A DNA stretch of 58,276 nt, the filler included, from Callorhinchus milii (taxonomy: Eukaryota), in assembly GCF_018977255.1 (NCBI RefSeq). It is 2 parts of 2 records of this genome, joined end to end, with 100 filler letters (N's around TTAATTAATTAA, not from the genome) between each part and the next. Parts side by side here need not be neighbours in the genome. Positions count along the whole stretch, not along the records: positions 1 to 29,095 come from NW_024705657.1; 1 more part is not named here. One strand, written 5' to 3'. The notes beneath the pieces were generated by a model, which made no database searches, was not told where the DNA came from, and was given only the letters and a program-made list of their open reading frames with translations. Shown here one piece after another: positions 10,371 to 23,209 of this stretch (its first letter is position 1; the number at the start of each line of letters is the position of its first letter). Position numbers and translations under genes: made by a program.

Positions 10371-12217
10371 TCATTGGTAATGAATGGCGACTTCATTTGC
10401 CTGCACGAGTGGGATATGGCATGACGTGATGGTGGAGAGATGGAGTGATGGTGTTGGGAGATGGTGTTGTGATACGGAGAGGTGAAATTGTGGAATGTTC
10501 TGGAGAGACGGTGCCTTGTGATGGTATTGACGCTTTATGAGGCTCTATGCTATTGTATTGATTCTCGATTGAAGCTTTCGTGACTGCAAGGATTCATACT
10601 CACGTATGTGACTTTACCGAAAAAACCTAAGAAAGAGTCACATACGTGACTTTACCGAAAAAACTAAGAGTATATTGTATCGAGTTGGTGGTGATGTGAA
10701 GAGATTGTGTGGTGATGTGAGGTGTAGTGATGTTTTGGTGCAATGGTGTGGGAGTGTGGAGAGAATGTGGTGTTTGACTCCCATAGACCCCATACACACC
10801 TTTGGGGAGGGATGCTCGTAGCTTTGGCCTGGGAAAGGGTCCACTTCATCCATAATGTCCCCCCACGTGGTCGACTGGCGCCATGACTCCCGGGCTACGG
10901 AAAACAAAATTAATTCAAAGGACGAGTAATGTATTAGAGAACGAAGCACGTGGATATTCACACAACTAATTCTGAGATTCTTGTAATTACCTCTTAACAC
11001 AAAACATGACCTGCTGTTGAGAAACATTAGTCACATGGCAGTAAAACATTACAAGTCATATTTTTGTAAGCATGTTGAGATCATCAATTTCATAAAGTTG
11101 AGACCCTCATTTAAACCAATATGGCTGAAACGCAGTTCTAAATCCATGCTGTCTGCCACACTTGACCGTTTTCATCTTCCCATCACCGCCACCTCTACTA
11201 AAATAAATTAATCAGGGAGCTGCCTCCTCTGCATAAAAACCACGTGCTACAGGTAACTGGACTTACCATCATAGTCCTCCAAGATGTCAGCCCACTTGCG
11301 TTGTCTGTCCATGTTGTTGGGAAGGAGTAGTTTCTGTTTGATGTTGGAGGGCCTGGAGAGGTTGTAAAAACGCTCAGATTTAGCAACCTTTTGAATCACT
11401 CATCCTCTCAATTATTACATATTTGACCACTCGCTGTACCAATCAAATCACTTTCGTGCCGTTTGTTTTACAAGTCCACTCACTCGCTTGTTTGCCCACT
11501 CACACGTGCGTCAGATCACTCACTCATCCACCCACGCGAACATGTTTATTCCAACTGCCTATTGCATTAAACATAATCGCCAGACATAACCGTGATGTTT
11601 AACCTCTAATCCAGACAAGCATGTTGATGCACAGCCCATTTGTATTAATCGACTGTTTGATAAAGGCCCCCTATGTCTTGTAGGTCATTGGGGTCAAATG
11701 ACCATACTTAAATCATTTGTTATAACCCGAGAATGACGTTGTAGGTCACTTGATGTCAGAGATACCGCCCATGTGGCTGTGACATCACAGATAGGAGACG
11801 TCTATGGCAGCAGCTAGGGTCTGAACTAAAAGGCAGACTCCTCCCCCGTGTTGGATAACATTCAATACATGTAATGCAGGGCACAATTATGCAGGCAATC
11901 AGAACACAATAATTATAGACATGTTAATCATATTATATGAGATTTAAACAGGTTAGTTATGAACGTTTTAAATGTTGACTTGCTTTGGGTCTAAACAATG
12001 ACAGTAACAGCAACATATCAGAGCATGCCAAGTAAACTAATAGTCATAATTTGGTTGCAGAAAATCCAAATATCAACATATTCAAAAATAATGAAGCTTT
12101 AGTTTGTAGTCAAAACGTGCAATAAAAATAAACAACACACATCGTCAACAGGGACGCTCACCTCGTTGAGGATTCGCTCTGCAAAGGCTTCTTCTGCTGC
12201 TGCTCACTCGTGCGCAT
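10371..12217 (-). CDS. Predicted 4-exon 88-aa gene, copy 2 (exons 12217-12162, 11352-11267, 10894-10800, 10400-10371): MRTSEQQQKKPLQSESSTRPSNIKQKLLLPNNMDRQRKWADILEDYDARESWRQSTTWGDIMDEVDPFPGQSYEHPSPKANEVAIHYQ*
   Basis: Same exon lengths (56/86/95/30 nt) and splice sites as copy 1. Substitutions include synonymous TCG>TCC, TAT>TAC, GAA>GAG and conservative E>D. The inter-copy indels I found fall in introns or UTR. Confidence 0.7.
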
Positions 12218-12247
12218 TCCTCTCGACTGCGGGTGGAGGCGTGGCTA

Positions 12248-12345
12248 TGACGTAACAGAGGTGACGTCACTACAGCGAGGCTCCGCCCCCACGCGCTTGG
12301 CGGGCGCACCACGTGGTGCAGTGCGGGTGGTGTGCGTCACCGGAA
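12248..12345 (-). promoter_or_regulatory. CRE/GC-box/E-box/ETS promoter of the small gene, copy 2
   Basis: Same motif cluster as 2287-2384. Confidence 0.6.
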
Positions 12346-12839
12346 ACAGCAGAGCCCTCGGTTCGACATTAAACATTTGCCCCCTCGCTTTGTGCTGTCT
12401 TTGATGTCGCCGTTACTGCGGCGAGGACTGAAGCGATGCCTGGCCATCAGGCCTGGCATATACCTAGGCCTCAGGCTTCATATTTGTTCGTAGTTATTTT
12501 TTGTTTAATTGGAATTATTAACTTGCATTTCATTAATTACATTTCAAGCGTATAAACACCATCCCATTGGTTTATTTACTTTTAAATTCAGGTTTTTATT
12601 AGAGTTTTTGATCTGTAGTTATATTTAAGTGAGTGAGGTGGTTGTACTAAGTGTGAATTTGAGTTCCATGTAAATTGTTATTGTGTAAAGGATTTGTCTG
12701 TGTGCACCTATCCTGGCAGTGGTAATATGGGCTTTTTATAATTAAGTTGTTAATGAGATTGTTTATTTGTGTGTGTCTGTTATCTATGTCTGTGTCAGGT
12801 TACATATCTATGTTTGTAGCTGTGTGTGTTTGTTAATTT

Positions 12840-13215
12840 ATGATGGGTGGTGATGATGTTTCTTGATAATGGATGGTGGTGATGATGATGGGTGGTGATT
12901 ATGAAGGGTGGTAATGATGATGGTTGGTGATGATAATGTGTAGTGATTATGATGGGTGGTAGTAATGATCATGGGTGGTGGTAATGATTGGTGAGGTTAT
13001 GATGATGGGTGGTGATGGTTATGGGTGGTGATGATGATGGGTTGTTGTGATTATGGGTGTTGATGATGATGGATGATTGGTGGTGGTTATGATGAATGTT
13101 GGTTGTGATGGTTGGTGGTGGTGGTGACGATGGTTGGTGATGGTGAGTTGATAGTGATAATGATGATTGGTGATGATAATGGGTGTTGATGCTGATGATT
13201 ATGGGTGGTGATGAG
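12840..13215 (+). repeat. Degenerate (GAT/GGT)n tract, copy 2
   Basis: Paralog of 2880-3245. Confidence 0.9.
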
Positions 13216-13916
13216 TAAATGAGCCACCACCCAATACATAACAGCAACAGAAGTAACTACAGCAGCAACAATAACAGCAGCAACAACACATTTTGAGGGC
13301 GACGCAACTACTTCTGATTCTGCTGTTTCTGCTGCTCGACTATTTGTAGCCAGGCCCTGCTCTCGCGGGACCCCACACGTCTTTGGAAATGATTGCGATG
13401 ATCATGTCTGAGCTGAGAATTAAGTGACTAAACGTTACTTTGTTTAACCATAACTGTGTGTAGGTTAGTATCTGGGGGCTCAGCGAATACTACTCATGAA
13501 AGAACTCGCACTCCTTTATGACCGACATTCTACTAATTTTGGTTGATCGAGACGAACAAGGCACGTGCCATGTCCAGACGAACTTTTATTCCAATATTGT
13601 CCTTAAATATGATGCTAAAATAAACGTTAACACTGGATTAAACATGCACCTCTTAACCCCTGCCTCGCATTTACGACTAACAATTTGCATTTACACATAA
13701 CATACAGTCAAGCACAGTAAAATGCTAATACGACAATATTGTTATTCTAGGAATTTGAATTCGATTCTAACCCTGCACCCCGACAGTTAGCATATCCAAC
13801 TCCCGGTCGATTGAACGTAAGCTTTCTTTTATATGAGCAGTTTGCGATTTTAATACTTGTAATGAGATTCGAATACCGTATCCATAAATCTCCTAAATAT
13901 GAACATGTGTCATTAA

Positions 13917-14433
13917 ACCCGCCACCACCCACACACCCAATTAGTAAGGTTTGTCACGTGAACAGGACATGCTAATTCGTTACTAGTCCAGCACAATGGT
14001 GTGTTGGAGAGCCAAGCCACAACATTTACAATCTGAGTACGACGTTTCGTCAGTAATTACAACAATCTTCATTAGGCTACGGCCAGTTTTGTGGAGAAGT
14101 GCTCCTGTTTCGTTCCGTAAATAGAGAGGTAGATGTGATGACAATACGTGTGTGCTCTTCTTGCGCGAAGTGGGGAGGGCGGGGTGTTAATGGATACATA
14201 TATATGGCTATGGGTACCCATTGCCGTTTGGGTTATTTATACGGTAATCAACGTACATTATACATGCAAATTAAGTGAACCCATTGACCTTGTACTTCTT
14301 GTCGATTTGTGTACTAAAATAGCCTGCCAACGGTAATCCCTATTGAAGAATAGTGACCGGAATAGACATGCTTTAGTAACAAATTGTCATGTTCTGTTTA
14401 AGTGACAATCCTTACTATTTTCATGTGGCGGGT
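13917..14433. mobile_element. MITE or non-autonomous DNA transposon with TTAA flanks (piggyBac- or Kolobok-like)
   Basis: TTAA|ACCCGCCAC ... GTGGCGGGT|TTAA. The sub-terminal inverted repeat TAGTAAGGTTTGTCACGTGAACAGGACATGCTAATTCGTTACTA pairs imperfectly with the right end at ~14374-14417. No ORF. Confidence 0.75.
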
Positions 14434-14980
14434 TTAACAAAATATATTTTTTACTTACTCAATATATGTTCGATTGAACATATATTATACATATTTATGA
14501 GCAGAGTGCTATTCAATACTTCTAATGAGATTTAAATAAAGTACCTCCTTTTATGGTGTAATAAATTATTAAACCAGTTTATAGTAGTTTAATGTTTAGT
14601 GCTTTCGTTTATAATGTTACACTTGACATGTTATAGAGTGCAGGTGATCTCCAGTATACTTCGGGATTAGGGACCAGAATGCTGCAAAACGATTTATAAC
14701 GGGGCCATTCCCCTCTGGGAACATGTTTATGGGGAGACAGCCAAGATGCTGCTCGTTAAGGGCAGACTTGTGTGACGGTGATTAGCGAATACTACCGAAT
14801 AATTAGCTCACACTCATTTATGACAAGATTTGTCGTAATTTTGGTTGATTACGGAGAACAAGACACCTGCTATGTTGACGAATTCTTAGTACATATAGTG
14901 TACTTACCTATATTGCTAAAATATCGTTAACACTAGAATAAACTTGAAGTTCTAGCCATCTCATCACGTTGCTTCAAATA

Positions 14981-15245
14981 TGCTCTAGGTTGAGTGTCCT
15001 GATGTGGTCTGAAGCATTTACTGTGATTAAATTGAAGCATTAAAAGCGGTCCACAACCCTCAATTGTGCAGCTTGGAATAATGGAGGAATTCGCATTTTT
15101 TTTTTTTTGAACCTGAGGCCATAATTAGGAGGTACATCACAAGCGAAAGCGATAGTATTTGCCAAGAATATCTTCATTAATCGAGAACGAAAGTAGGAAG
15201 TTCAAATGGTGTCATATACCGCCTAATATTCGAGTTGGATCTTTG
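14981..15245 (+). pseudogene. Degraded 18S rRNA fragment (V4 region and downstream)
   Basis: Recognisable SSU motifs in order: tgctct..tgagtgtcc, gaagcatttact, ggaataatgga, ctgaggccat, gcgaaagc, atttgccaagaat..tcattaatc.agaacgaaagt and ataccg. There are internal deletions. Confidence 0.8.
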
Positions 15246-16607
15246 GGGCTGTACAATGTGTAAAGTTGAAGGTGCTATGTGTTGTCTTCTTCTAACAGCT
15301 ACTAACGTGCGTGTTGTCTGTTTTTAGGATTTGTCCATTGTTGTTGCTTTGTCGTGCGCATTTCTTGTTGAGTTCTGTCACTTTAGTGTTGCAGTTTGTT
15401 AAAGAATCGCCACGTGAGCGTGATGTTTTGCTTAGTGGGAATTTCGCTTTGTTACAATTTGTGATTGTTATAATAATTGTAATGATTCATAAGCTCATGA
15501 GCTTATAATGTGTTTGTGCGTTTATGTATTAATAGAAAACTGTCTATTGCTCTTCTTATACCATTGAGATGGAACATTCATCCAGCAGTGAAAATCGTGA
15601 TTCTATAACGACCGTAGTGTAATTGTAATATTTTAATCCGATCCTTGCACGTACACTATACATACATATGAGCAAAGTGCTATTCTAATAAGACCACACT
15701 GTGATTCTACTGCTTATAATGAGATTCTAATACCTTACCTCCGTTTATATGGTTCTAAATTAAAACACTAGTTTATAATCGTTTAATGTTTAGTGTTATC
15801 GTTTATAGTATTACAGTTTACATGTTATAGAGTACAGTTTATCCCCGACATACTTCGGGATTAGGACTGGTACGTTGATGAACGATTAACTACGGGGACC
15901 TTTCCCCTCAAGGAACACGTGTTAATCGGGTAGACAGCCAAGATGCTGCCGGTTAAGGGCACACTTGTGTGACGGAGATCCTCCACCTGAAATTACTTAA
16001 CATGTTTTTGCTAGGAACATTATAAAATAAAGAACGGACAAACATTTGTTAAAAATACGTTTTTATTCATCTGCAATCATTTTTACGTCAAAACTCGAAG
16101 GGAATATTTATTATGTCCTATGTTCACACATTTCCAGTACAATGCAAACCATTTCCGTTCCAGGAATACCAAAGCGTTAAAGTATCATTCCCATGATTTC
16201 CTTATTAGTTCACCACATTTGTTCACTGTGCGTCTATGTTGAAGTCAAGGCCATATATCCAACGAACGCGTCATCAATGTACATCCTGAAATCGGCTATC
16301 TAAAGTCGATTAATACCAACAAAAAAAGCTATACACTTGAAAAAAACTTTAAAATGTTGAGTAAAGATGTACCTACAGACGCATTCCAACTTTAGCTCAA
16401 CAGGAACACTTAACGACTACAATTGAACCCTCTCACAACCAGTGCTCATCACACCACTTCGGCAAGTAATCCGATAACATTACAAACCACCACTGTGCAC
16501 GTCATTAAACTCTCTCAAAAACTGTAAAACTAAAATGGTCAAAATTACACACAAAAGTACTCGATACGGCTTAATAGGTATAACCACATGACGTAATATT
16601 TTTTCAG

Positions 16608-17243
<636 letters not shown>

Positions 17244-17302
17244 TCAAAAGTTTGCTATCGGCCGCAAGGATGTTTAGCGTTGAGTTTTGGATTTGTTAAC
17301 TG

Positions 17303-17670
17303 CTAAAACAAGAACGACACTCGCGTCTAACCGAGACGCAAAAAAATCCCGCTAATTTGACGACGAACACGTTTAAGAGTTTATCCGCGAAAATAGACAC
17401 TTACTTGGAATTCACGGTATATCGATGTCTGGAACCCGTCTGAAGATGTCGCCACGAACTCTCCCGATGCAAAGTCGCCTAACTGTCGACACAGCAATTG
17501 TGCTCGCCAGGCTGCGTTGTCTCGCGGTTGAAGGGCGATCAGCAGAGCGACGAGTCGAGCGTCCAACCTCATCAAGTTCCCTCTCGAAATGGCATTGAGC
17601 TCTGCTTCTGAGCCGCCTTATAACTCCCCCCCTAGGATCCAATCCTTTGTCTTTCAGGATATTTGCATTC
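17303..17670 (-). promoter_or_regulatory. ZF-A promoter, non-coding first exon and 102-nt 5'UTR intron
   Basis: Minus strand shows octamer ATGCAAAT, TTATAAGG (17616-17623), CCATTT Inr ~32 nt downstream, donor GTAAGT (17399-17404) and acceptor TTGTTTTAG|CAG (17303). Confidence 0.55.
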
Positions 17671-19031
17671 GATTGTTAATTTTGGAAGGTACAATCCGCA
17701 TGTCTATTAACATACCGAAGAGTAATGTGCCCATTGTGCTTCATGCATGAATATGTAAGTGCATCTCAGTGTGTAATTGTGCGCTTATTTTGAATAAATA
17801 GAAAAACTTTGTCCTCGATTTAAAGTGAATGCAGAGAAATTAGCATGTAACTTTAGAAAAGGAAGAGAGCGGCCTTCTCGACGAGGGAGTGAAACCCAAT
17901 AGGTAATATTATTTTACAGCGTTACAATGGATAGGTTGTAGTTCATAGGTTATACTATTATGTTTCACTATGTTAGAGCTTAACATGTGAGAGTATACAA
18001 TATCAGAGTTGATCAAATGCGACGACCAAGGGCGTCAATCGGGTGAGTTTGATCAGAGGCTTTAATCAAAGGCGTCATCCCATCACGGAACACCACCTCC
18101 CTGCGTTTATCACAGCAATAGAAATGTTTAAATACGTTTTTTAAATCATGTGTATTGTATAAATGTAATAATGTGTGATTGTGATTATACTCTAGTATGT
18201 ATATCTATTCGATTCCATTGATACGACACATTCAGCCAACAGTGGACAGTGTGATTCTAATTCGACTCGTGGATTCAAATGATTGTAATTCGATTCTAAT
18301 CCTGCATATCCTACCCCCGGTTCGAATATTAAATTAACATACGTACGACCACAGTTTGATTCTAATATGAGCACAGTGCGATTCTAATGCTTCTTATGCG
18401 ATTATAATCCAACTATAACAGGCAATCGTATTTTGATCAAATGCGACGATCAAGAGCGTCAATCGGGTGCGTTTGATCAGAGTATTTGATCAAAGGCGTC
18501 ATCCCATCACTGAACACCACCTCCCTGCGTATATAACAGCAACAGAAGCAACTACAGCAGAAACCACAACAGCAGCAGATTTCGAGGGCGACGCAGCTAC
18601 TTCCGATTCTGCTGTCCAGCTGTTTGTTGTCGGACCTGCTCTCGCAGGACCCCACACGTCTTTGGAAATGATTGCGATGATCATGTCTGAGCTGAGAATT
18701 ACGTCACTCAAGATTACTTTGTTTAGGCAGGTTAGTGTTATCGGGGCTCTGTGAATACTACTCATGAATGAAATCACACTCCTGTATGACCGACATTGTA
18801 CTAATTTTGGTTGATCGAGTAGAACAAGGCACGTGCCATGTCCAGACGAATTCTTATCAACAACAGTGTCCTTAAATATGATGCTAAAATAAATCGTAAC
18901 ACTGGATTAAATGTGCACCTCTTAACCCCTCCCTCGCATTTACGACTAACGATTTGCATTTGCACATAACATACATTCAAGCACAGTAAAAAGGCTAATA
19001 CGGCCATATTGTTATTCTAAACTTGAATGCG

Positions 19032-19557
19032 ATTGTGCTCGCCAGGCTGCGTTGTCTCGCGGTTGAAGGGCGATCAGCAGAGCGACGAGTCGAGCGTCCA
19101 ACCTCATCAAGTTTCCTCTCGAAATGGCATTGAGCTCTGCTTCTGAGCCGCCTTATAACTCCCCCCCTAGGATCCAATCCTTTGTCTTTCAGGATATTTG
19201 CATTCGATTGTTAATTTTGGAAGGCACAATCCGCATGTCTATTAACATACCGAAGAGTAATGTGCCCATTGTGCTTCATGCATGAATATGTAAGTGCATC
19301 TCAGTGTGTAATTGTGCGCTTATTTTGAATAAATGGAAAAGTTTCGTCCTCGATTTAAAGTGAATGCAGAGAAATTAGCATGTTACTTTATAAAAGGAAG
19401 AGAGCGGCCTTCTCGACGAGGGAGTGAAACCCAATGGGTAATATTCTTTTACAACGTTACAATGGATAGGTTGTAGTTCATAGGTTATACTATTATGTTT
19501 CACTATGATAGAGCTTAACATGTGAGAGTATACAATATCAGAGTTGATCAAATGCGA
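19032..19557. repeat. 526-bp internal duplicate of the ZF promoter block (source 17497-18022; in unit 2, 23405-23930 and 24940-25464)
   Basis: Direct repeat with offset 1535; its right end is fused to the Helitron helicase. Confidence 0.9.
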
Positions 19558-21467
19558 GCAGGCTACCTTGAGAGCGATCGCGAATGGGTTGCGTGTCTGG
19601 AAGAAGCCTCGCTCTTTCAGATGCCGTACCAGCTTCGTCAACTCTTCGCTACGATTCTGCTGTATTCCATGCCAGCAGACACGAAGGATCTCTGGGATAA
19701 ATTCTACGACGAATTGGCTCGCGATTACGAGTACCAGTACCGCGAGCTGACCAACAAAGAACAAATGGTAAAGTTCAAGACCCTTCACAGCCTCCACGAG
19801 TTCCTCACGGCAGGTGGGATGGCTCTGTCGGACTTTGACGACCTCCCGCAGCTTTCCGAGTACCCACACTTGGTCTTGGACTCGCTGCTTGCGAAGAACC
19901 ATATCCGCCGCGAAGTGGAAGGATATGATAGAAACGAGCTACAAGACATCGTAGAAGATGCTGACAGACTCAACACGAACCAGACAGAAATCTACGACGA
20001 AATTGTTGGCTCAGTCGAAGACAGTCAACCCGATCAAAAGCTGTTCTTCATCGATGGTCCGGGCGGCACGGGGAAGTCCACGCTGCTCAACCATGTGCTG
20101 GCGAAGATACGTCTTCAAGGCAAGATTGCGATTACTGTTGCTTCCAGCGGCATTGCCTCGCTGCTGCTTCCAGGCGGCCGTACCGCACATTCCACGTTCA
20201 AGATCCCGTTGAAACCGACGAACATATCCACATGCTTCATTCGAAAACAGTCCAAGCTCAAAGCATTTATCAAGGAGGCAAGTCTTATCGTTTGGGATGA
20301 AGCCCCAATGACGCACCGGTTTGCGTTTGAAGCGGTGGATCGCACGCTTCGCGATATTTTGGACAATCTGCATGAACCGTTTGGAGGCAAAGTGGTTGTC
20401 CTGTCCGGTGACTTTCGACAGATTCTTCCAGTTGTCAAGAAAGGAACACCAGCTGATACTGTGGATGCGTGTTTCAAGTCGTCCGACCTGTGGTCCCACA
20501 TCAAGCAAGTTCATCTGACTGTGAAGATGAGAGTCCAGTGTGCAGAGAACCAAGAATCAGCCGCAGAACTTGCTGCCTTTTCAGATTTTCTTTTGGAAGT
20601 CGGAGAGGGTAGGCATGAAGTTGATCCAGACCTCGGTCCGGATTGCATCAAGATTCCGCGTGCCATGGTGATCGACAATCCTCAATACGACCCAGACATC
20701 GACGGAGATGAGGACGGCAGTCATCAGCCCGTTCCACTCGGGTTGAAGAGGATTTTCGATGCCATGTACAGTGCAGATGAATTGAATTACCCTACGGTGG
20801 CAACGAACGACTACTTCGCTCGCCGCACTATTCTGACGCCGACCAACGCCGCTGTGCAGCGAGTGAATGAGGCTGTCGCGGATCGCCTCAGAGAAGCTCC
20901 ACAAGTGTACCTGTCTACAGATTTGGTTGAGGACGACGAGAGAGCAGGGTCAGCATTCTTTGAGACAGAGCTCCTTAACTCGGTGAACATCAACGGGGTT
21001 CCGCCACACAAGTTGATCTTAAGAAAGGCATCCCAGTGATGATGATGCGCAACTTGAACCTGGACGCTGGCCTGTGCAACGGAACACGGCTTCGCATCGT
21101 GGAAATGAAGCCACACGCCATTCGCGCGACTATCCTGACAGGAACCCATAACGGTAAGGAGGTGTTGATCCCTCGGATCTTCTTCATCATCGACGACGAC
21201 ACGAATGACTTCCCATTTCGACTTCGGCGCAAACAGTTCCCCATTGTCCCAGCCTTCGCGATGACCATCAACAAGGCGCAAGGGCAAACTGTTCACAACC
21301 TGGGATTATATCTACCAACGCCATGTTTCTCGCACGGCCAACTGTACGTGGCATTATGGCGAGTCACGGCAAGATCCAACATCAAGGCGCTTATTGAAGG
21401 ACCTGATGACGAGGAGGAAGACGGAGTGTACACGAAGAATATCGTGTATCGCCAGATATTTCAATAA
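19552..21467 (+). pseudogene. Helitron-derived PIF1 helicase, copy 1, frameshifted
   Basis: Nearly identical to copy 2, but has a 1-nt loss at ~21019 that splits the ORF (19522-21039 and 21036-21467), and motif VI YVALSR is changed to YVALWR. Confidence 0.85.
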
Positions 21468-21655
21468 GTTGCATTCTATATTTGAATAAGTTGCATTCTT
21501 TAATATTGTCGATTGAGCGTCTCATAAAAATTCATATAACCTCACAAAAATAAACATAAACAATCCCCAAAACATGTCTATTGTGTTCAGCCACTTTCAA
21601 CTCCCCACCAACCAAGTATATACACACCGCCCGCGAAGCGGGCGGCGACTGCTAG
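19558..21655 (+). mobile_element. 5'-truncated Helitron, copy 1
   Basis: Helicase half of RepHel. The 3' hairpin CCGCCCGC-GAA-GCGGGCGG at 21627-21645 is followed by CTAG 21652-21655 and T. Homology to the host block ends at 19557. Confidence 0.92.
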
Positions 21656-22427
21656 TCGTGTATAGTATAACAGTTTACATTTTATAGAGTACAGTTTATC
21701 CCCGACATACTTCGGATTGGGACTGGTACGTTGATGAAGGATTAACTACGGGGACCTTTCCCCTCAAGGAACACGTGTTAATCGGGTAGACAGCCAAGAT
21801 GCTGCCGGTTAAGGGCACACTTGTGTGACGGAGATCCTCCACCTGAAATTCTCTCATATTTTTGCTAGGAACATTATAAAATAAAGACCGGACAAACATT
21901 TGTTAAAAATACTTTTTATTAATCTGCAATCATTTTTATGTCAAAACTCGAAGGAAATATGTATTATGTCCTATGTTCACACATTTCCAGTAGGATGCAA
22001 ACCATTTCCGTTCCAGGAATACCAAAGCATTTCCTTATTAGTTCACCAAATTTGTTAACTGTGCGTCTATGTTGAAGTCAAGGCCATATATCCAACGAAC
22101 GCGTCATCAATGTACATCCTGAAATCGGCTATCTAAAGTCGATGTTTTTATACTTGAAAACTGAAACGTTTAAAATGTTGAGTAAAGATGTACCTACAGA
22201 CGCATTCCAACTTCAGCTCAACAGGAACACTTAACGACTACAATTGAACAGTCTCACAACCAGTGCTCATCACACCACTTCGGCAAGTAATCCGATAACA
22301 TTACAAACCACCACTGTGCACGCCAATAAACTCTCACAAAAACTGTAAAACTAAAATGGTCAAAATTACACACAAAAGTTATCGATACGGCTTAATAGAT
22401 ATAACCACATGACGTAATTTTTTTCAG

Positions 22428-23117
22428 TCACCCCGAGCTCTCTGGTTGACTGTCGAGCCACTCCATTACATCCAGCCATCTCTCGGGATCCAACTGCATG
22501 GGATCGAAGGTGGAAACTTCTTCAGGACTCATTGCAGCACCTTGAATTTCAGCTTTTGATTTCAGTTTCCATTCATTGTGGACCTTCTGATGCCTGTTCA
22601 TGTTTGATGAGTGTGCAAATGCCTCCCCACACACAGGGCACAAGAATGGCTTCTCGCCCGTGTGTGTTCTCTGGTGACGCTGAAGATGTGATGAGTGTGC
22701 AAATGTCTTCCCACACACAGGGCACAGGAATGGCTTCTCGCCCGTGTGTGTTCTCTGATGACTCTGAAGATGTGATGAGTTTGCAAATGTCTTCCCACAC
22801 ACAGGGCACAGGAATGGCTTCTCGCCCGTGTGTGTTCTCTGGTGAGTTTGAAGATTTGATACCTGTGCAAATGTCTTCCCACACACAGGGCACAGGAATG
22901 GCTTCTCGCCCGTGTGTGTTCTCTGATGACTCTGAAGATGTGATGAGTGTGCAAATGTTTTCCCACACACAGAGCACAGGAATGGCTTCTCACCCGTGTG
23001 TGTTCTCTGGTGTCTCTTAAGACTTGATGACCATGAAAATGCCTTCCCACAGACAGAGCAATTGAATTGTTCCTTGCCCCCGTGTGCGTGGGGCTGTGGA
23101 GAGCGTCTCTGCTCCAT
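22428..23117 (-). CDS. C2H2 zinc-finger protein ZF-B, 229 aa, six tandem fingers plus an acidic/Trp-containing C-terminal tail
   Basis: Intact ATG-to-TGA ORF with six CxxCx12Hx3H fingers and TGEKPF linkers. No KRAB, SET or BTB domain is seen in the ORF. Minus-strand AATAAA at 21915-21920. Confidence 0.93.
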   Translation of the reverse strand: MEQRRSPQPHAHGGKEQFNCSVCGKAFSWSSSLKRHQRTHTGEKPFLCSVCGKTFAHSSHLQSHQRTHTGEKPFLCPVCGKTFAQVSNLQTHQRTHTGEKPFLCPVCGKTFANSSHLQSHQRTHTGEKPFLCPVCGKTFAHSSHLQRHQRTHTGEKPFLCPVCGEAFAHSSNMNRHQKVHNEWKLKSKAEIQGAAMSPEEVSTFDPMQLDPERWLDVMEWLDSQPESSG

Positions 23118-23209
23118 GTGAGCGTAGTAACAGCAGCGGTGTTATCGAGTCAAAAGTATGCTATCGGCCGCAAGGATGTTTAGCGTTGAGTTTTGGATTT
23201 TGTTAACTG

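Larger units (their letters stand above)
10206..13780 (+). repeat. Segmental duplication, copy 2 (paralog of 1-3810)
   Basis: Colinear near-identity with copy 1. It lacks ~267 bp (copy-1 1029-1295) and has an extra PLE-tail duplication at ~10604-10650. Confidence 0.95.

Noticed and set aside
19026..19557. AATGCGA at both ends of the duplicated promoter block as a TSD
   Set aside because: The right-hand copy is already part of the source block (18016-18022), so this is microhomology or coincidence.
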